A stretch of 64,000 nucleotides of DNA, taken from assembly GCA_024763505.1 (NCBI GenBank), contig JANTFI010000002.1:9990-73989 (forward strand). The letters are read 5' to 3'. Origin of the DNA: Gammaproteobacteria bacterium (lineage in GTDB: Bacteria > Pseudomonadota > Gammaproteobacteria > GCA-001735895). This document shows, in pieces, positions 51,828-61,166 of the stretch (positions are counted from its first letter, which is position 1; each line of letters begins with the position of its first letter). The notes beneath the pieces are model-generated. The model had not been told where the DNA came from, searched no databases, and was given only the letters and a program-made list of their open reading frames with translations. The position numbers and the translations under genes are program-made.

Positions 51828-52424
51828 TTAAATCACAGGTTCAACACGGATTCTCAACTTGATTCGATCACCCGGATCATACGGCATACGGGTGTTGAAT
51901 CGCTGGCCCTTGTACTTGTAAGTCACCTGGTATCCATCAATAACCTGCTGGTAATTGACCCGCTCGGTCACTTCACAGACTTCTTCATAACGTGTGTATT
52001 GCTCGAAAGAGTCATGCCGGTTGTGACGGCTGGCATCGTTTGCAACCTGTGCGCCGATGACCGTGCCCAGTGCAGTCGCGACCTGCTTGCCACGCCCCTT
52101 GCCAATTTGATGACCGATGGCTCCACCGAGCAAGGCACCGACCAGAGTCGGTCCGGCCTGGCTGGCAGAACGCCGGGTGTGACGGGTTCTGACCGGCTCA
52201 TCCCAGCATTCCTTGCGCGGTGTCGATACCCGAACCTCACGGTAAATGGGGGTCACATCAATCACTTTACCGTAGGCCTGCAGCGATTGATGGACCCTGT
52301 CATGGCGCTCGTGCTTGTGTCCCTTGCGATGATTTTTACCATCGGCCAGGGCTGCAGTCGACAGTGCCGCCGCGGCAATCAGGACAATCAATTTTTGGCT
52401 AAATTCAGATTTCATAGGATTCAT
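51828..52424 (-). CDS. glycine-zipper (2TM-type) outer-membrane lipoprotein-like protein
   Basis: Signal peptide, His/Arg-rich segment and a GxxxG glycine-zipper core (LVGALLGGAIGHQIGKGRGKQVATALGTVIGAQV). Likely first gene of an operon with the downstream response regulator and histidine kinase. Confidence 0.5.
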   Translation of the reverse strand: MNPMKSEFSQKLIVLIAAAALSTAALADGKNHRKGHKHERHDRVHQSLQAYGKVIDVTPIYREVRVSTPRKECWDEPVRTRHTRRSASQAGPTLVGALLGGAIGHQIGKGRGKQVATALGTVIGAQVANDASRHNRHDSFEQYTRYEEVCEVTERVNYQQVIDGYQVTYKYKGQRFNTRMPYDPGDRIKLRIRVEPVI

Positions 52425-52537
52425 GGTTCACTCCGTTTGTGTAGGCTGGTGCAACCTTAACCCAGCGTAACTGAACCGAAACTGAACTCTGCAGCACCTG
52501 CGCTGGATAACAGTAAAAATGAGACCTGAAAACTGAT

Positions 52538-53707
52538 TTAATCCCGCCTCAGCCGGTCGCTGAGTGCGATCGGGGTTGGATATTTCATCACCACGAAACT
52601 GGATGAAATGATAAAACTCATCAGTGTCGCGAACTGGATTAGATATCCCGCTTCGCGGCTGATGACTTGCAGTTCGGTGGCCAGTACCGCCAGCAACAAC
52701 GAAAATTCGCTCATTTGTCCGAGCCGCACCGCCACTTCGCTGGAGCGACCAGAGGATTCTTTTGAGAAGCGCAGCAAGCCGCGATACAGCAAAGGCTTGA
52801 TGAGGATGGCAATCAACATCAGACCGACAGCGGATACCCAGATCTGCTGCAACACCGACAAATCAAAATTGGCACCGAGCGAAACAAAGAAAATGATTAG
52901 AAAGAAATCACGCAATTGCTTCAGATTTTCAGCAATGAACAGCGCGATCGGGCTGCGTGCGATCGAAACTCCGGCGATAAACGCGCCGATTTCGTAAGAC
53001 AGCCCCAGCCATTCGGCGGCTTCGGCAATACCCAGACACCAGCCGATCGCAAGCAGAAAGATATATTCCTGAATGCGGTCGAAGGCCTGGATCAAGCGTA
53101 TCAGAATAAATCTCTCCACCAGATATGCCGCCAGCACCAGAGCTGGCAAAGCCAACAGTGGAAGCAGCATATCACCCCAGCCGGCGGACAATTGACTGTA
53201 ACTCTCCAGCGCGAGCAACAGCAAGATGGCAATAATGTCTTGCAACAAAAGGATACTGATGATGATCTCCCCGGTGTGCTGATGATGCAAAATCGTGGTC
53301 GGGATCAATTTCAAGCCAATGATGGTGCTGGAAAACATCAGAGCCGCACCAATCACGACACTTTCCAACTCGGCGAATCCGATCAGCCGGGCATAAACAA
53401 AACCGAGGATCAGCAGCACCAGTGAACTGACTCCGGTGACCAGACTGGTTTCAGCGGCCGTTCGAAAAAGGTCGCGCGGATTCAGATTGAGGCCCAGCAG
53501 AAAAAGCAGAAACATGATGCCAATGCCGGAGATGCTCTGGATCAGAGTCGGATCGCGGACCAAAGCAAAGCCGGAAGGGCCGATCAGCAAACCCAGCGCG
53601 ATGTAGGCAATGATCAGGGACTGGCGCAGTGAAAGTGCCAGTGTGGCGATCAGCGCAGCGCCGGAGAAAATCAGAAACAGCGTAAAAATTATGGATTCGC
53701 TTTCCAT
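52538..53707 (-). CDS. cation:proton antiporter (CPA family Na+/H+ exchanger, no KTN domain)
   Basis: 389 aa polytopic membrane protein with a typical Na_H_Exchanger fold. Confidence 0.75.
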   Translation of the reverse strand: MESESIIFTLFLIFSGAALIATLALSLRQSLIIAYIALGLLIGPSGFALVRDPTLIQSISGIGIMFLLFLLGLNLNPRDLFRTAAETSLVTGVSSLVLLILGFVYARLIGFAELESVVIGAALMFSSTIIGLKLIPTTILHHQHTGEIIISILLLQDIIAILLLLALESYSQLSAGWGDMLLPLLALPALVLAAYLVERFILIRLIQAFDRIQEYIFLLAIGWCLGIAEAAEWLGLSYEIGAFIAGVSIARSPIALFIAENLKQLRDFFLIIFFVSLGANFDLSVLQQIWVSAVGLMLIAILIKPLLYRGLLRFSKESSGRSSEVAVRLGQMSEFSLLLAVLATELQVISREAGYLIQFATLMSFIISSSFVVMKYPTPIALSDRLRRD

Positions 53708-53734
53708 TATGATGCGGCGCGATCAGACACTGAC

Positions 53735-54397
53735 CTAATGTACAACCTGGTCATCCAGCATTTCCTGCAGGATTTCGCCGGCTTGGGAATACAATGGGTG
53801 TTGGCGGTCTTGCGCAATGTCTTGCAGTGTTTTGAGGCTGGTGGGGCTATCCAGCAAGGATAGATAGTACAAGGCATCCTGAGCGATGGCCGGGTTAGCA
53901 CTGGATGCGAGTTTGCGAAAAACAGGCTCTTGATCATCCAGCAACCCATCGGCAGCCAAAGACTCGATTACTGCACTCAGGCCAATACGCACGACCAGTG
54001 TGGTTTGTTCGTTGCCCAGCAATTCCAACATCGCTTCGCGAGCAGCCGCATGTTGCCGAATCAACGTCTCGGCAGCCTCAAGTTGACCACTGGATAATTC
54101 CTCGACGATCAATTGCTGCCAGTTTTTTTGTGTATCCTGATTCAGAATTTGCTCAATCTCCTGCTCCGATTTCAAGCCGCCAAAGCCGACACCATCAATA
54201 AAATAATAGGGAACCGATCGGATGTTCATTTGTCGGGCAAGCTCCGGCTGATGAGCCAGATTGATGATATCAAGCGCATCAATCGATCCTTTATTTTGCA
54301 TATTCCCAAAGATTTTCTCCATTTGGGGGCACAAATGGCAGCCATCCATAACATATAACTTTATTTTATGAGGTTTCTTGGATTTCCTTGTTTGCAT
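53735..54397 (-). CDS. fusion protein: N-terminal glutaredoxin-like thioredoxin-fold domain (CHLC) plus C-terminal HEAT/PBS-lyase-like repeats
   Basis: KIKLYVMDGCHLCPQ...VPYYFIDG resembles the DUF836 glutaredoxin-like module, paralogous to the ORF at 7257-7496. The C-terminal 130 aa or so form helical repeats. Confidence 0.5.
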   Translation of the reverse strand: MQTRKSKKPHKIKLYVMDGCHLCPQMEKIFGNMQNKGSIDALDIINLAHQPELARQMNIRSVPYYFIDGVGFGGLKSEQEIEQILNQDTQKNWQQLIVEELSSGQLEAAETLIRQHAAAREAMLELLGNEQTTLVVRIGLSAVIESLAADGLLDDQEPVFRKLASSANPAIAQDALYYLSLLDSPTSLKTLQDIAQDRQHPLYSQAGEILQEMLDDQVVH

Positions 54398-54453
54398 AAG
54401 TAGATTTAAATATACTAATAGACAGAATAGATAAAAGAATCGCAGATAACTAC

Positions 54454-54843
54454 ATGAGCAAATTTACCCTGAGTACCTGTTTAATGCTATCGGTAGTTAT
54501 CATTTTATCGGGCATTGCCTGGGTGATTCTGATTCAACCCGGCAATCAACTGGATAATAGTTTGTACAGCAGTCGTCTACAGGTCGAAGAAGAAGAATTA
54601 CTGAAACAGTTCCACCGTTTGCAAGAGAAATACCTGACTGCTCGCGCAACATCGGCTTCCGGGCTGTCGACATCGAGCGATGCCACGCCGCGTTTCAATA
54701 CCGCATCCGGTCTTGATAGCACCGAAGTTTCCAGCCCCGTAACCCAAGCACAAAGGTGGAAAGAATCGGTAAATTCTGAACAGAAACCAGCCGGCTTTTT
54801 GCACAATAACCCGTGGAGTCCGGATTATCAGCATGGTTATTGA
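54454..54843 (+). CDS. hypothetical membrane-anchored protein with coiled-coil and Ser/Thr-rich tail
   Basis: 129 aa ORF with an N-terminal TM helix. No recognisable domain. Confidence 0.35.
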   Translation: MSKFTLSTCLMLSVVIILSGIAWVILIQPGNQLDNSLYSSRLQVEEEELLKQFHRLQEKYLTARATSASGLSTSSDATPRFNTASGLDSTEVSSPVTQAQRWKESVNSEQKPAGFLHNNPWSPDYQHGY

Positions 54844-54856
54844 GTGATCGGCCTTA

Positions 54857-55645
54857 CTAACCAGTCTCGCTGAAAACCGATTCCATCATCGAACGTACTT
54901 CCTGAACCTGAAAAGGCTTGTCCATGATCGCCGACACGCCTTCATGCTGAATCGCCTGGAGTTTGCTTTCATCTCCTTCCGTGGTCACCATCATGACCGG
55001 TACATCCGGTTGATTGCTCATCTGGCGAATGAATTTCAGCAATTCATGTCCATCCATTTCCGGCATATTGTAATCCGTCACGACCAGGTCGAAGTGCTGG
55101 CTTTGTAATAACGGCACAGCTTCACGGCCATTTTCCGCTTCGGTAATCTCCCCGATCCCGAGCTTTTCCAGCGTCCTTGAAATCATCCGCCGTGCCATTT
55201 TGCTGTCATCCACCAGCAAAACCTGCATTTGCTGATTCAACTCCAGAGCATCGGGGTTTTCCCAGTCCATGATCATCAGAATCGCACGTTTCAATTCATG
55301 GGCGCTAAATGGTTTGGGCAATACGGCCGAGGCACCTGCCTGTTTGACCGAGTCCAGCACGGCAAAGGAGGTTTCGGAGGAAATCAACATAAAAGGAGTG
55401 TCCCGGGTGACCGGGTTATCACGCATGTCATTGACCAGTTCCGAGCCTGTCATATCATCCAGAAACATCGCGCTAATGACCAGATCGGGTTGTTCGGTGT
55501 CGATGATCGCCAATGCCTCCTGCCCGGTGTCTACGGCTTCAAACTGGGTAATACCCACTTCTTCGAGCTGCTGGATTACGATCTTTTTCTGCGAACTGGA
55601 AGGCTCAATGAGAACTACGAAAAGAGAATTCAGAAAATGGCGCAT
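54857..55645 (-). CDS. stand-alone response regulator with two tandem receiver domains (first is a pseudo-receiver lacking the phospho-acceptor Asp)
   Basis: Second REC is canonical (LLVDDS...DLVVTDYNMPEMDG...VTTEG...DKPF). In the first REC the equivalent segment reads DLVISAMFLDDMTG (Asp to Ala) and the acidic pocket is LIEPS. No output domain. Confidence 0.75.
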   Translation of the reverse strand: MRHFLNSLFVVLIEPSSSQKKIVIQQLEEVGITQFEAVDTGQEALAIIDTEQPDLVISAMFLDDMTGSELVNDMRDNPVTRDTPFMLISSETSFAVLDSVKQAGASAVLPKPFSAHELKRAILMIMDWENPDALELNQQMQVLLVDDSKMARRMISRTLEKLGIGEITEAENGREAVPLLQSQHFDLVVTDYNMPEMDGHELLKFIRQMSNQPDVPVMMVTTEGDESKLQAIQHEGVSAIMDKPFQVQEVRSMMESVFSETG

Positions 55646-55751
55646 GTCACAACCGGTTGATTTTATTTCCCAGTTTTTATAGCACAGCGATCATTTTTAG
55701 CAGGAAAATAAATTGATCTTGTTATAATTCCGTTTTTTCTCGGAAGCCGTC

Positions 55752-56678
55752 ATGTACGCTCTGGAAATCAACCAGTTAACCAAAACTTACCGAAATGGCT
55801 TTGTCGCACTTAAAGGTATTGATCTGAAAGTGCAACGCGGTGATTTTTTTGCCCTGCTCGGCCCGAATGGCGCTGGCAAATCAACCTGTATTGGCATCAT
55901 CACTTCGTTGATCAACAAGACTTCGGGCAGCGTTCGGGTTTTTGGCCATGATCTGGATCGCGAGTTAATCGACGCCAAGCGCAAGATCGGTGTGGTGCCA
56001 CAGGAATTTAACTTTAATATCTTTGAGCCGGTGCAGGAAATCATTGCCAATCAGGGGGGATATTACGGCGTACCGGCCAGTCAGGCTCGAAAGCAGACCG
56101 AAGTCTATCTACGCGAGTTGGGCTTATGGGATAAACGACACCTGCAGGCGCGAGAGCTTTCCGGCGGCATGAAGCGCAGGTTGATGATTGCGCGTGCCCT
56201 GGTTCACCAGCCGGAATTACTGATTCTGGATGAACCGACCGCCGGGGTCGATATCGAATTGCGTCGTTCGATGTGGAAATTCATGCGCCGTATCAATGAA
56301 CAGGGCACGACCATCATCCTGACCACCCACTATCTGGAAGAAGCCGAACAAATGTGCAAGAACATCGCTATCATCGACCAGGGCAACATCATCGAGAATA
56401 CCAGCATGAAAGCTTTGCTCAGTACACTCGACACCGAAACCTTCATTCTGTATCTGCGCGAAGAACTATTACATTTACCGACCATTAGTGCCGAGTTTGC
56501 CATTCGTCAGGTCGATGAACATACGCTCGAGGTCGATGTGCCAAAACAGTTGACGCTAAATCAGGTAATCTTGCAACTACACCAACAAAACCTGCAAATC
56601 GACAGCATGCGGAACAAGGTCAATCGCCTCGAAGAACTATTCGTGTCGATGGTCGATAAAAAAGAGCAAGCCGCATGA
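55752..56678 (+). CDS. yadG: ABC-2 type transporter ATP-binding protein (YadG-like)
   Basis: Walker A GPNGAGKST, signature LSGGMKRRL, Walker B ILDEP. Translationally coupled to the downstream ABC-2 permease. Confidence 0.85.
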   Translation: MYALEINQLTKTYRNGFVALKGIDLKVQRGDFFALLGPNGAGKSTCIGIITSLINKTSGSVRVFGHDLDRELIDAKRKIGVVPQEFNFNIFEPVQEIIANQGGYYGVPASQARKQTEVYLRELGLWDKRHLQARELSGGMKRRLMIARALVHQPELLILDEPTAGVDIELRRSMWKFMRRINEQGTTIILTTHYLEEAEQMCKNIAIIDQGNIIENTSMKALLSTLDTETFILYLREELLHLPTISAEFAIRQVDEHTLEVDVPKQLTLNQVILQLHQQNLQIDSMRNKVNRLEELFVSMVDKKEQAA

Positions 56679-57451
56679 GCCCGTTGCAACGATATAGCAT
56701 CGCTTACCTGACGATTGCGCGTAAGGAGATATTGCGCTTCAGCCGTATCTGGGTGCAAACCATTGTTCCGCCGGTGATCATGGTGGCGCTGTATTTCATC
56801 ATCTTCGGCAACCTTATCGGCGCTCGCATCGGCCGCATGGATGGCATGGCCTATATCGATTTCATCATGCCGGGGCTGATCATGATGGCGGTGATCACCA
56901 ATTCCTATTCCAACGTAGTATCTTCTTTTTTCAGCGCCAAGTTTTCTCATCACATCGAAGAAATGTTGGTTTCGCCGATACCCAATCTGGTGATCCTGCT
57001 CGGTTTTCTGACCGGAGGTATTGCGCGTGGTCTGAGTGTCGGTCTGGCGGTTACGCTGGCTTCCCTGTTTTTCACTTCCTTTCGGGTCGACAATCCGATA
57101 ATGGTAGTCGGCGTTGCGTTTTTGACTGCATTGCTGTTTTCTCTGGCTGGCTTGATCAACGGCATCTTCGCCAAGAGTTTTGACGATGTTTCAATCGTGC
57201 CTACCTTCGTGCTGACGCCGCTGATTTATCTCGGTGGAATCTTTTATTCGATCCAGTTACTGCCGCCATTCTGGCAAAATATTTCACTCGGCAACCCGAT
57301 TCTGTACATGATCAACAGCTTTCGTTATGGCTTTCTGGGTGTTACTGACATCGATATCACGACCGCGTTGATCATTATCATGATCTTCACCATTGCCTTG
57401 TTCAGCATTGCTCTGAGCCTGCTTAACCGGGGCATCGGTATCCGCCAGTGA
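56675..57451 (+). CDS. yadH: ABC-2 type transporter permease (YadH-like)
   Basis: 258 aa, 6 TM helices, ABC-2 family. 4-bp overlap with yadG. Confidence 0.8.
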   Translation: MSPLQRYSIAYLTIARKEILRFSRIWVQTIVPPVIMVALYFIIFGNLIGARIGRMDGMAYIDFIMPGLIMMAVITNSYSNVVSSFFSAKFSHHIEEMLVSPIPNLVILLGFLTGGIARGLSVGLAVTLASLFFTSFRVDNPIMVVGVAFLTALLFSLAGLINGIFAKSFDDVSIVPTFVLTPLIYLGGIFYSIQLLPPFWQNISLGNPILYMINSFRYGFLGVTDIDITTALIIIMIFTIALFSIALSLLNRGIGIRQ

Positions 57452-58242
57452 CAGAAATGATCGACATCGGGGTGAACCTGACCAACCCGAGATTGATGAA
57501 AAGGGTGGATACAGTGATTTCAGAAGCCGCTGCAGAAGGTGTTAGCACGCTGATCGTGACTGGCACTTCGGTCGAGGAAAGCCGCCAGGCGACCGAGCTT
57601 TGCCAGCAGTATCCGGATGCGTTGTATGCCACCTGTGGTGTCCACCCGCATGATGCCAGACACTGGCAATCTGACACGCTGGAGCAGCTCAAAACCATCG
57701 CCTCTCACCCATCAGTAAAAGCGATTGGCGAAACCGGGTTGGATTTCAACCGGGATTTTTCGCCTCGACCGCAGCAACTTTCCGCTTTCGAGCAACAGCT
57801 GGAGTTGGCAGTCCAGATCAAAAAACCGCTTTTCCTGCACCAACGAGATGCCTTCGATGCTTTCTGCAGCTTGCTGAAAGAATATCGTGATCGGGTGCCT
57901 GACGCGGTAGCACACTGTTTTACTGATAATAAAAAGGCGCTGTATGCCCTGCTCGATCTGGATTGCCATATCGGCATCACCGGATGGATATGCGATGAAC
58001 GGCGCGGCCTCGAACTCCGCTCACTGGTCCGGGATATCCCGCCGGATCGCCTGATGCTCGAAACCGATGCCCCCTATCTGCTGCCGCGGGACTTGCCGGA
58101 AAAGCCAGAAGGCAAACTGAATCTACCCAAATATCTGCCGCATATTCTGCAGCGCGTCGCACAGCATCAACAAAAGCCTGTCGAACAACTGGCCGGAGAA
58201 GTGCTCGATACCACCCGGCAGTTTTTCGGACTGGACGCATGA
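57448..58242 (+). CDS. tatD: TatD-family metal-dependent deoxyribonuclease/hydrolase
   Basis: IDIGVNL, CGVHPHD and ETDAPYL motifs of the TatD family. Confidence 0.85.
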   Translation: MTEMIDIGVNLTNPRLMKRVDTVISEAAAEGVSTLIVTGTSVEESRQATELCQQYPDALYATCGVHPHDARHWQSDTLEQLKTIASHPSVKAIGETGLDFNRDFSPRPQQLSAFEQQLELAVQIKKPLFLHQRDAFDAFCSLLKEYRDRVPDAVAHCFTDNKKALYALLDLDCHIGITGWICDERRGLELRSLVRDIPPDRLMLETDAPYLLPRDLPEKPEGKLNLPKYLPHILQRVAQHQQKPVEQLAGEVLDTTRQFFGLDA

Positions 58243-59042
58243 CGATACGAATCCACTCTCTCTACACTTACCCGATCAAATCCTGCCGGGGTTATGCGCT
58301 GGATTCAGCTGAACTGGTGGACACCGGCTTTCGCCACGATCGCCACTGGATGCTGGTCAATGCGCAGGGAGAATTCCTCAGCCAGCGACAGCTTCCGGCC
58401 ATGGCTCGCATCGCTACGCGGCTGGCAGGCGACAGTTTGCTGGTTCAATACGATTCCAGCGACGATGAACTGGCAATCCCATTGCAGCAAGCGGACGATG
58501 ATTATCTTCAAGTTCAAATCTGGAATGACCGCTGTCTGGCCAGCCGGGTATCTGCGCAAGCCAGCGAATGGTTCAGCGACAAGTTGAACACGCAGTGCGA
58601 ACTGGTTTATTTACCGCTGTCACAACAACGGCAGGTAGATCCACGCTATGCGAATAATGAACAGATTGTCGGATTCGCCGATGGCTTTCCGATTCTGGTC
58701 ATGTCAATGTCCACGGCCGATTTGCTGGCAGAAAAACTGGGCGAACCAGTCGATATAAAACGTTTCCGACCCAATATCGTGCTGTCGGGTTGCCCTGCAC
58801 ACCGAGAAGATGACTGGGCCAGTATTTCCATCGGCGATCTGGTTATCGATCTGGTCAAACCCTGTTCTCGCTGTGTGATTCCATCCATCGACCAGAGTAG
58901 CGGTGAAAAACACCCTGAATTGCTCAGGGAGTTGGCTGCCTATCGTCGCCAGAACGGTAAAATCTATGTCGGACAAAATGGCTTGCACAGGAAAAACGGA
59001 AAAGTACAGGTTGGCGATCAGGTTTCGATCCAGCCCAAATGA
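58239..59042 (+). CDS. MOSC domain-containing protein (YcbX-like, MOSC_N beta-barrel plus MOSC)
   Basis: LYTYPIKSCRG N-terminus and a C-terminal MOSC region with a conserved Cys (KPCSRC). Confidence 0.75.
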   Translation: MTIRIHSLYTYPIKSCRGYALDSAELVDTGFRHDRHWMLVNAQGEFLSQRQLPAMARIATRLAGDSLLVQYDSSDDELAIPLQQADDDYLQVQIWNDRCLASRVSAQASEWFSDKLNTQCELVYLPLSQQRQVDPRYANNEQIVGFADGFPILVMSMSTADLLAEKLGEPVDIKRFRPNIVLSGCPAHREDDWASISIGDLVIDLVKPCSRCVIPSIDQSSGEKHPELLRELAAYRRQNGKIYVGQNGLHRKNGKVQVGDQVSIQPK

Positions 59043-59129
59043 CCAGTTATCACTCTGTTTAGAGATTTTTCCATTTTTTGCGTGAAAATCATTCGCACAG
59101 GACTACACTGACCATACCGTTTAAAAATT

Positions 59130-59870
59130 ATGGCCGCCCGGCCGCCGTTTTCTAAAATAAGAATGAACGATCAGACCCGGTTACACTTCTACGCATCAAC
59201 TCCGGAGCCCTGCAGTTATCTGCCAGGACAACAATCCATCAGTGCTTTTGCCAATCCCTATGTCGATATGGATTGCGATACCTACGATGAATTGATTCAG
59301 TATGGCTTTCGTCGCTCGGGCGGGTATCTGTATCGCCCTCACTGCCCGAGCTGCGAAGCCTGTATTTCGTTACGCATCCCGGTTGAAGAATATCAATTCT
59401 CCCGCAATGACCGTCGAACGTTGCGCAAAAACAGCGATCTGGTCATTCAGCAGCAGGACAATCTTTTTGTCGATGAACATTTCGAGCTGTACCAGCGCTA
59501 TATCAACAACCGTCACTCCGGTGGCAGTATGGAAAACCCGACGCGGGCCGACTATCACCGGTTTCTGATCTGTGACTGGGCCGACACCAGCTTTATCGAA
59601 TTCCGCTTGCATGAAAAATTACTTGCAGTTGCCGTGACGGATAACACCAGCACGGGACAATCGGCGGTTTATACCTTTTTCGACCCGGCAGAAACCGATC
59701 GCAGCCTCGGCCATTTTTCGATTCTGACCCAGATTCGTCTGACCCGCGAAAGCGCCCTTCCCTATTTATACCTGGGTTACTGGATCAAGAATTGCCAGAA
59801 AATGGCGTATAAATCCCGCTACAGACCTGCAGAGGGATTTATCGGCGATGTGTGGGTAGAAATGGAGTAA
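59130..59870 (+). CDS. bpt: arginyl-tRNA--protein transferase-like (bacterial Bpt, aspartate/glutamate leucyltransferase)
   Basis: N-terminal CSYLP...(16 aa)...P motif and a C-terminal ATE domain. True start may be the ATG at 59163 (MNDQTRL). Confidence 0.75.
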   Translation: MAARPPFSKIRMNDQTRLHFYASTPEPCSYLPGQQSISAFANPYVDMDCDTYDELIQYGFRRSGGYLYRPHCPSCEACISLRIPVEEYQFSRNDRRTLRKNSDLVIQQQDNLFVDEHFELYQRYINNRHSGGSMENPTRADYHRFLICDWADTSFIEFRLHEKLLAVAVTDNTSTGQSAVYTFFDPAETDRSLGHFSILTQIRLTRESALPYLYLGYWIKNCQKMAYKSRYRPAEGFIGDVWVEME

Positions 59871-59920
59871 CGCTGCCAACCGATCCGGCTGCAGCACCAC
59901 TCAAAACGACGGGGCGGAAA

Positions 59921-60178
59921 TCAGGAAACCTGCTCACCTTTGCGGTTCGCCATCAACATGAGTTTGGTAATCAGTAACAGCCAGGGTGCTCCGTGTAACA
60001 GCAAGTCGAAAATATCCAATGGCTTTTGCAATTCACCATTGAACAGCATACGAACCTTTTCAACCAGATGCGGCTCCGGAAAAAAGGGAGCCAATCCCAG
60101 AAACAGGCTCAAAACAATAAAGTGCGGCAACGGCAGTGCGTCAATAATCTTCAACATATCATTACTCCAAAAATACAA
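59921..60178 (-). CDS. hypothetical small membrane protein
   Basis: 85 aa ORF with two hydrophobic segments. No recognisable motif. Confidence 0.3.
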   Translation of the reverse strand: MYFWSNDMLKIIDALPLPHFIVLSLFLGLAPFFPEPHLVEKVRMLFNGELQKPLDIFDLLLHGAPWLLLITKLMLMANRKGEQVS

Positions 60179-60290
60179 CCACCCGAATAGCTTGCCGTCT
60201 CCCTTTACTCATTCACAAATATAATGGAATCACCGTTGTTGCAGGTGAAAGCAGTATTACATTTGTGTATCAATAAACTTCAGTTCGCTA

Positions 60291-61088
60291 TCAAAGGTGG
60301 ATTAACGAAAATACCTGCTGGTACAAATGGTCACTGCTGGCCGCCAGCACTGAATTTGTCTGCAGGGTCAGGCCCTGACCTTCCAGGTCCGTCATCTTCC
60401 CTCCGGCTTCATGGACTATAACCGACAAAGCGGCAATATCCAGAATATTCACATCCGATTCGACAATAATTTCTATCTTGCCGGAAGCCAGTAAATGGTA
60501 ATGGTAAAAATCGCCATAGCCGCGTGTACGATTGACTTGCTGAGCCAGCTTGCCTGCACCTGCCCAACGCCTGGTATCGCTCGCAAGCGTCGCAATATTA
60601 CCCATCGACAAAGCCGCATCGCGCAAATCTTCGATCCCCTCGCTGACCCGGATCGGTTGCTCATTAAGAAACGCGCCCTCACCCTTGCTGGCCCAGGCCA
60701 GTTCATTGAACATCACACCATTGGACACACCCACAATCAATTCATCCCGGTGCATCAAAGCGATCTGGGTCGAGAAAAAAGGGTACTGGCGAACAAAGCT
60801 CTTGGTGCCATCGATCGGGTCGATCAGCCAGGTATATTCTGCATCGGGATTGCTATGCCCGGTTTCTTCACCGTAAAAGCCATGATCCGGATATTCACCC
60901 AGAATCACTTCCTTGATTTTTTGTTCTGTTTCGACATCCGCCACCGTCACCGGGGTGTAATCTTCCTTCATGGTGACCTTGACATTCGCATCGTAATAAT
61001 GACGGATTACTTCTTCGCCCGCTCGCGCGGCTTGCAGGGCAATATCTAAAAACGGGCTTCGGCTCATCGGGCTAACACTACCATTCAA
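60291..61088 (-). CDS. inositol monophosphatase family protein (possibly HisN-type histidinol-phosphatase)
   Basis: IMPase metal-binding motifs (EE..G, WLIDPIDGT, VESDVNILDIAA). Start may be at MSRSPF (61067). Confidence 0.8.
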   Translation of the reverse strand: MNGSVSPMSRSPFLDIALQAARAGEEVIRHYYDANVKVTMKEDYTPVTVADVETEQKIKEVILGEYPDHGFYGEETGHSNPDAEYTWLIDPIDGTKSFVRQYPFFSTQIALMHRDELIVGVSNGVMFNELAWASKGEGAFLNEQPIRVSEGIEDLRDAALSMGNIATLASDTRRWAGAGKLAQQVNRTRGYGDFYHYHLLASGKIEIIVESDVNILDIAALSVIVHEAGGKMTDLEGQGLTLQTNSVLAASSDHLYQQVFSLIHL

Positions 61089-61166
61089 ACGCCATATTTT
61101 AAATTAATCCAGATCAAGTTTCCTGACTAAATGCAGTCTGATTTAAAATAAAGCTTTTGATATAAT

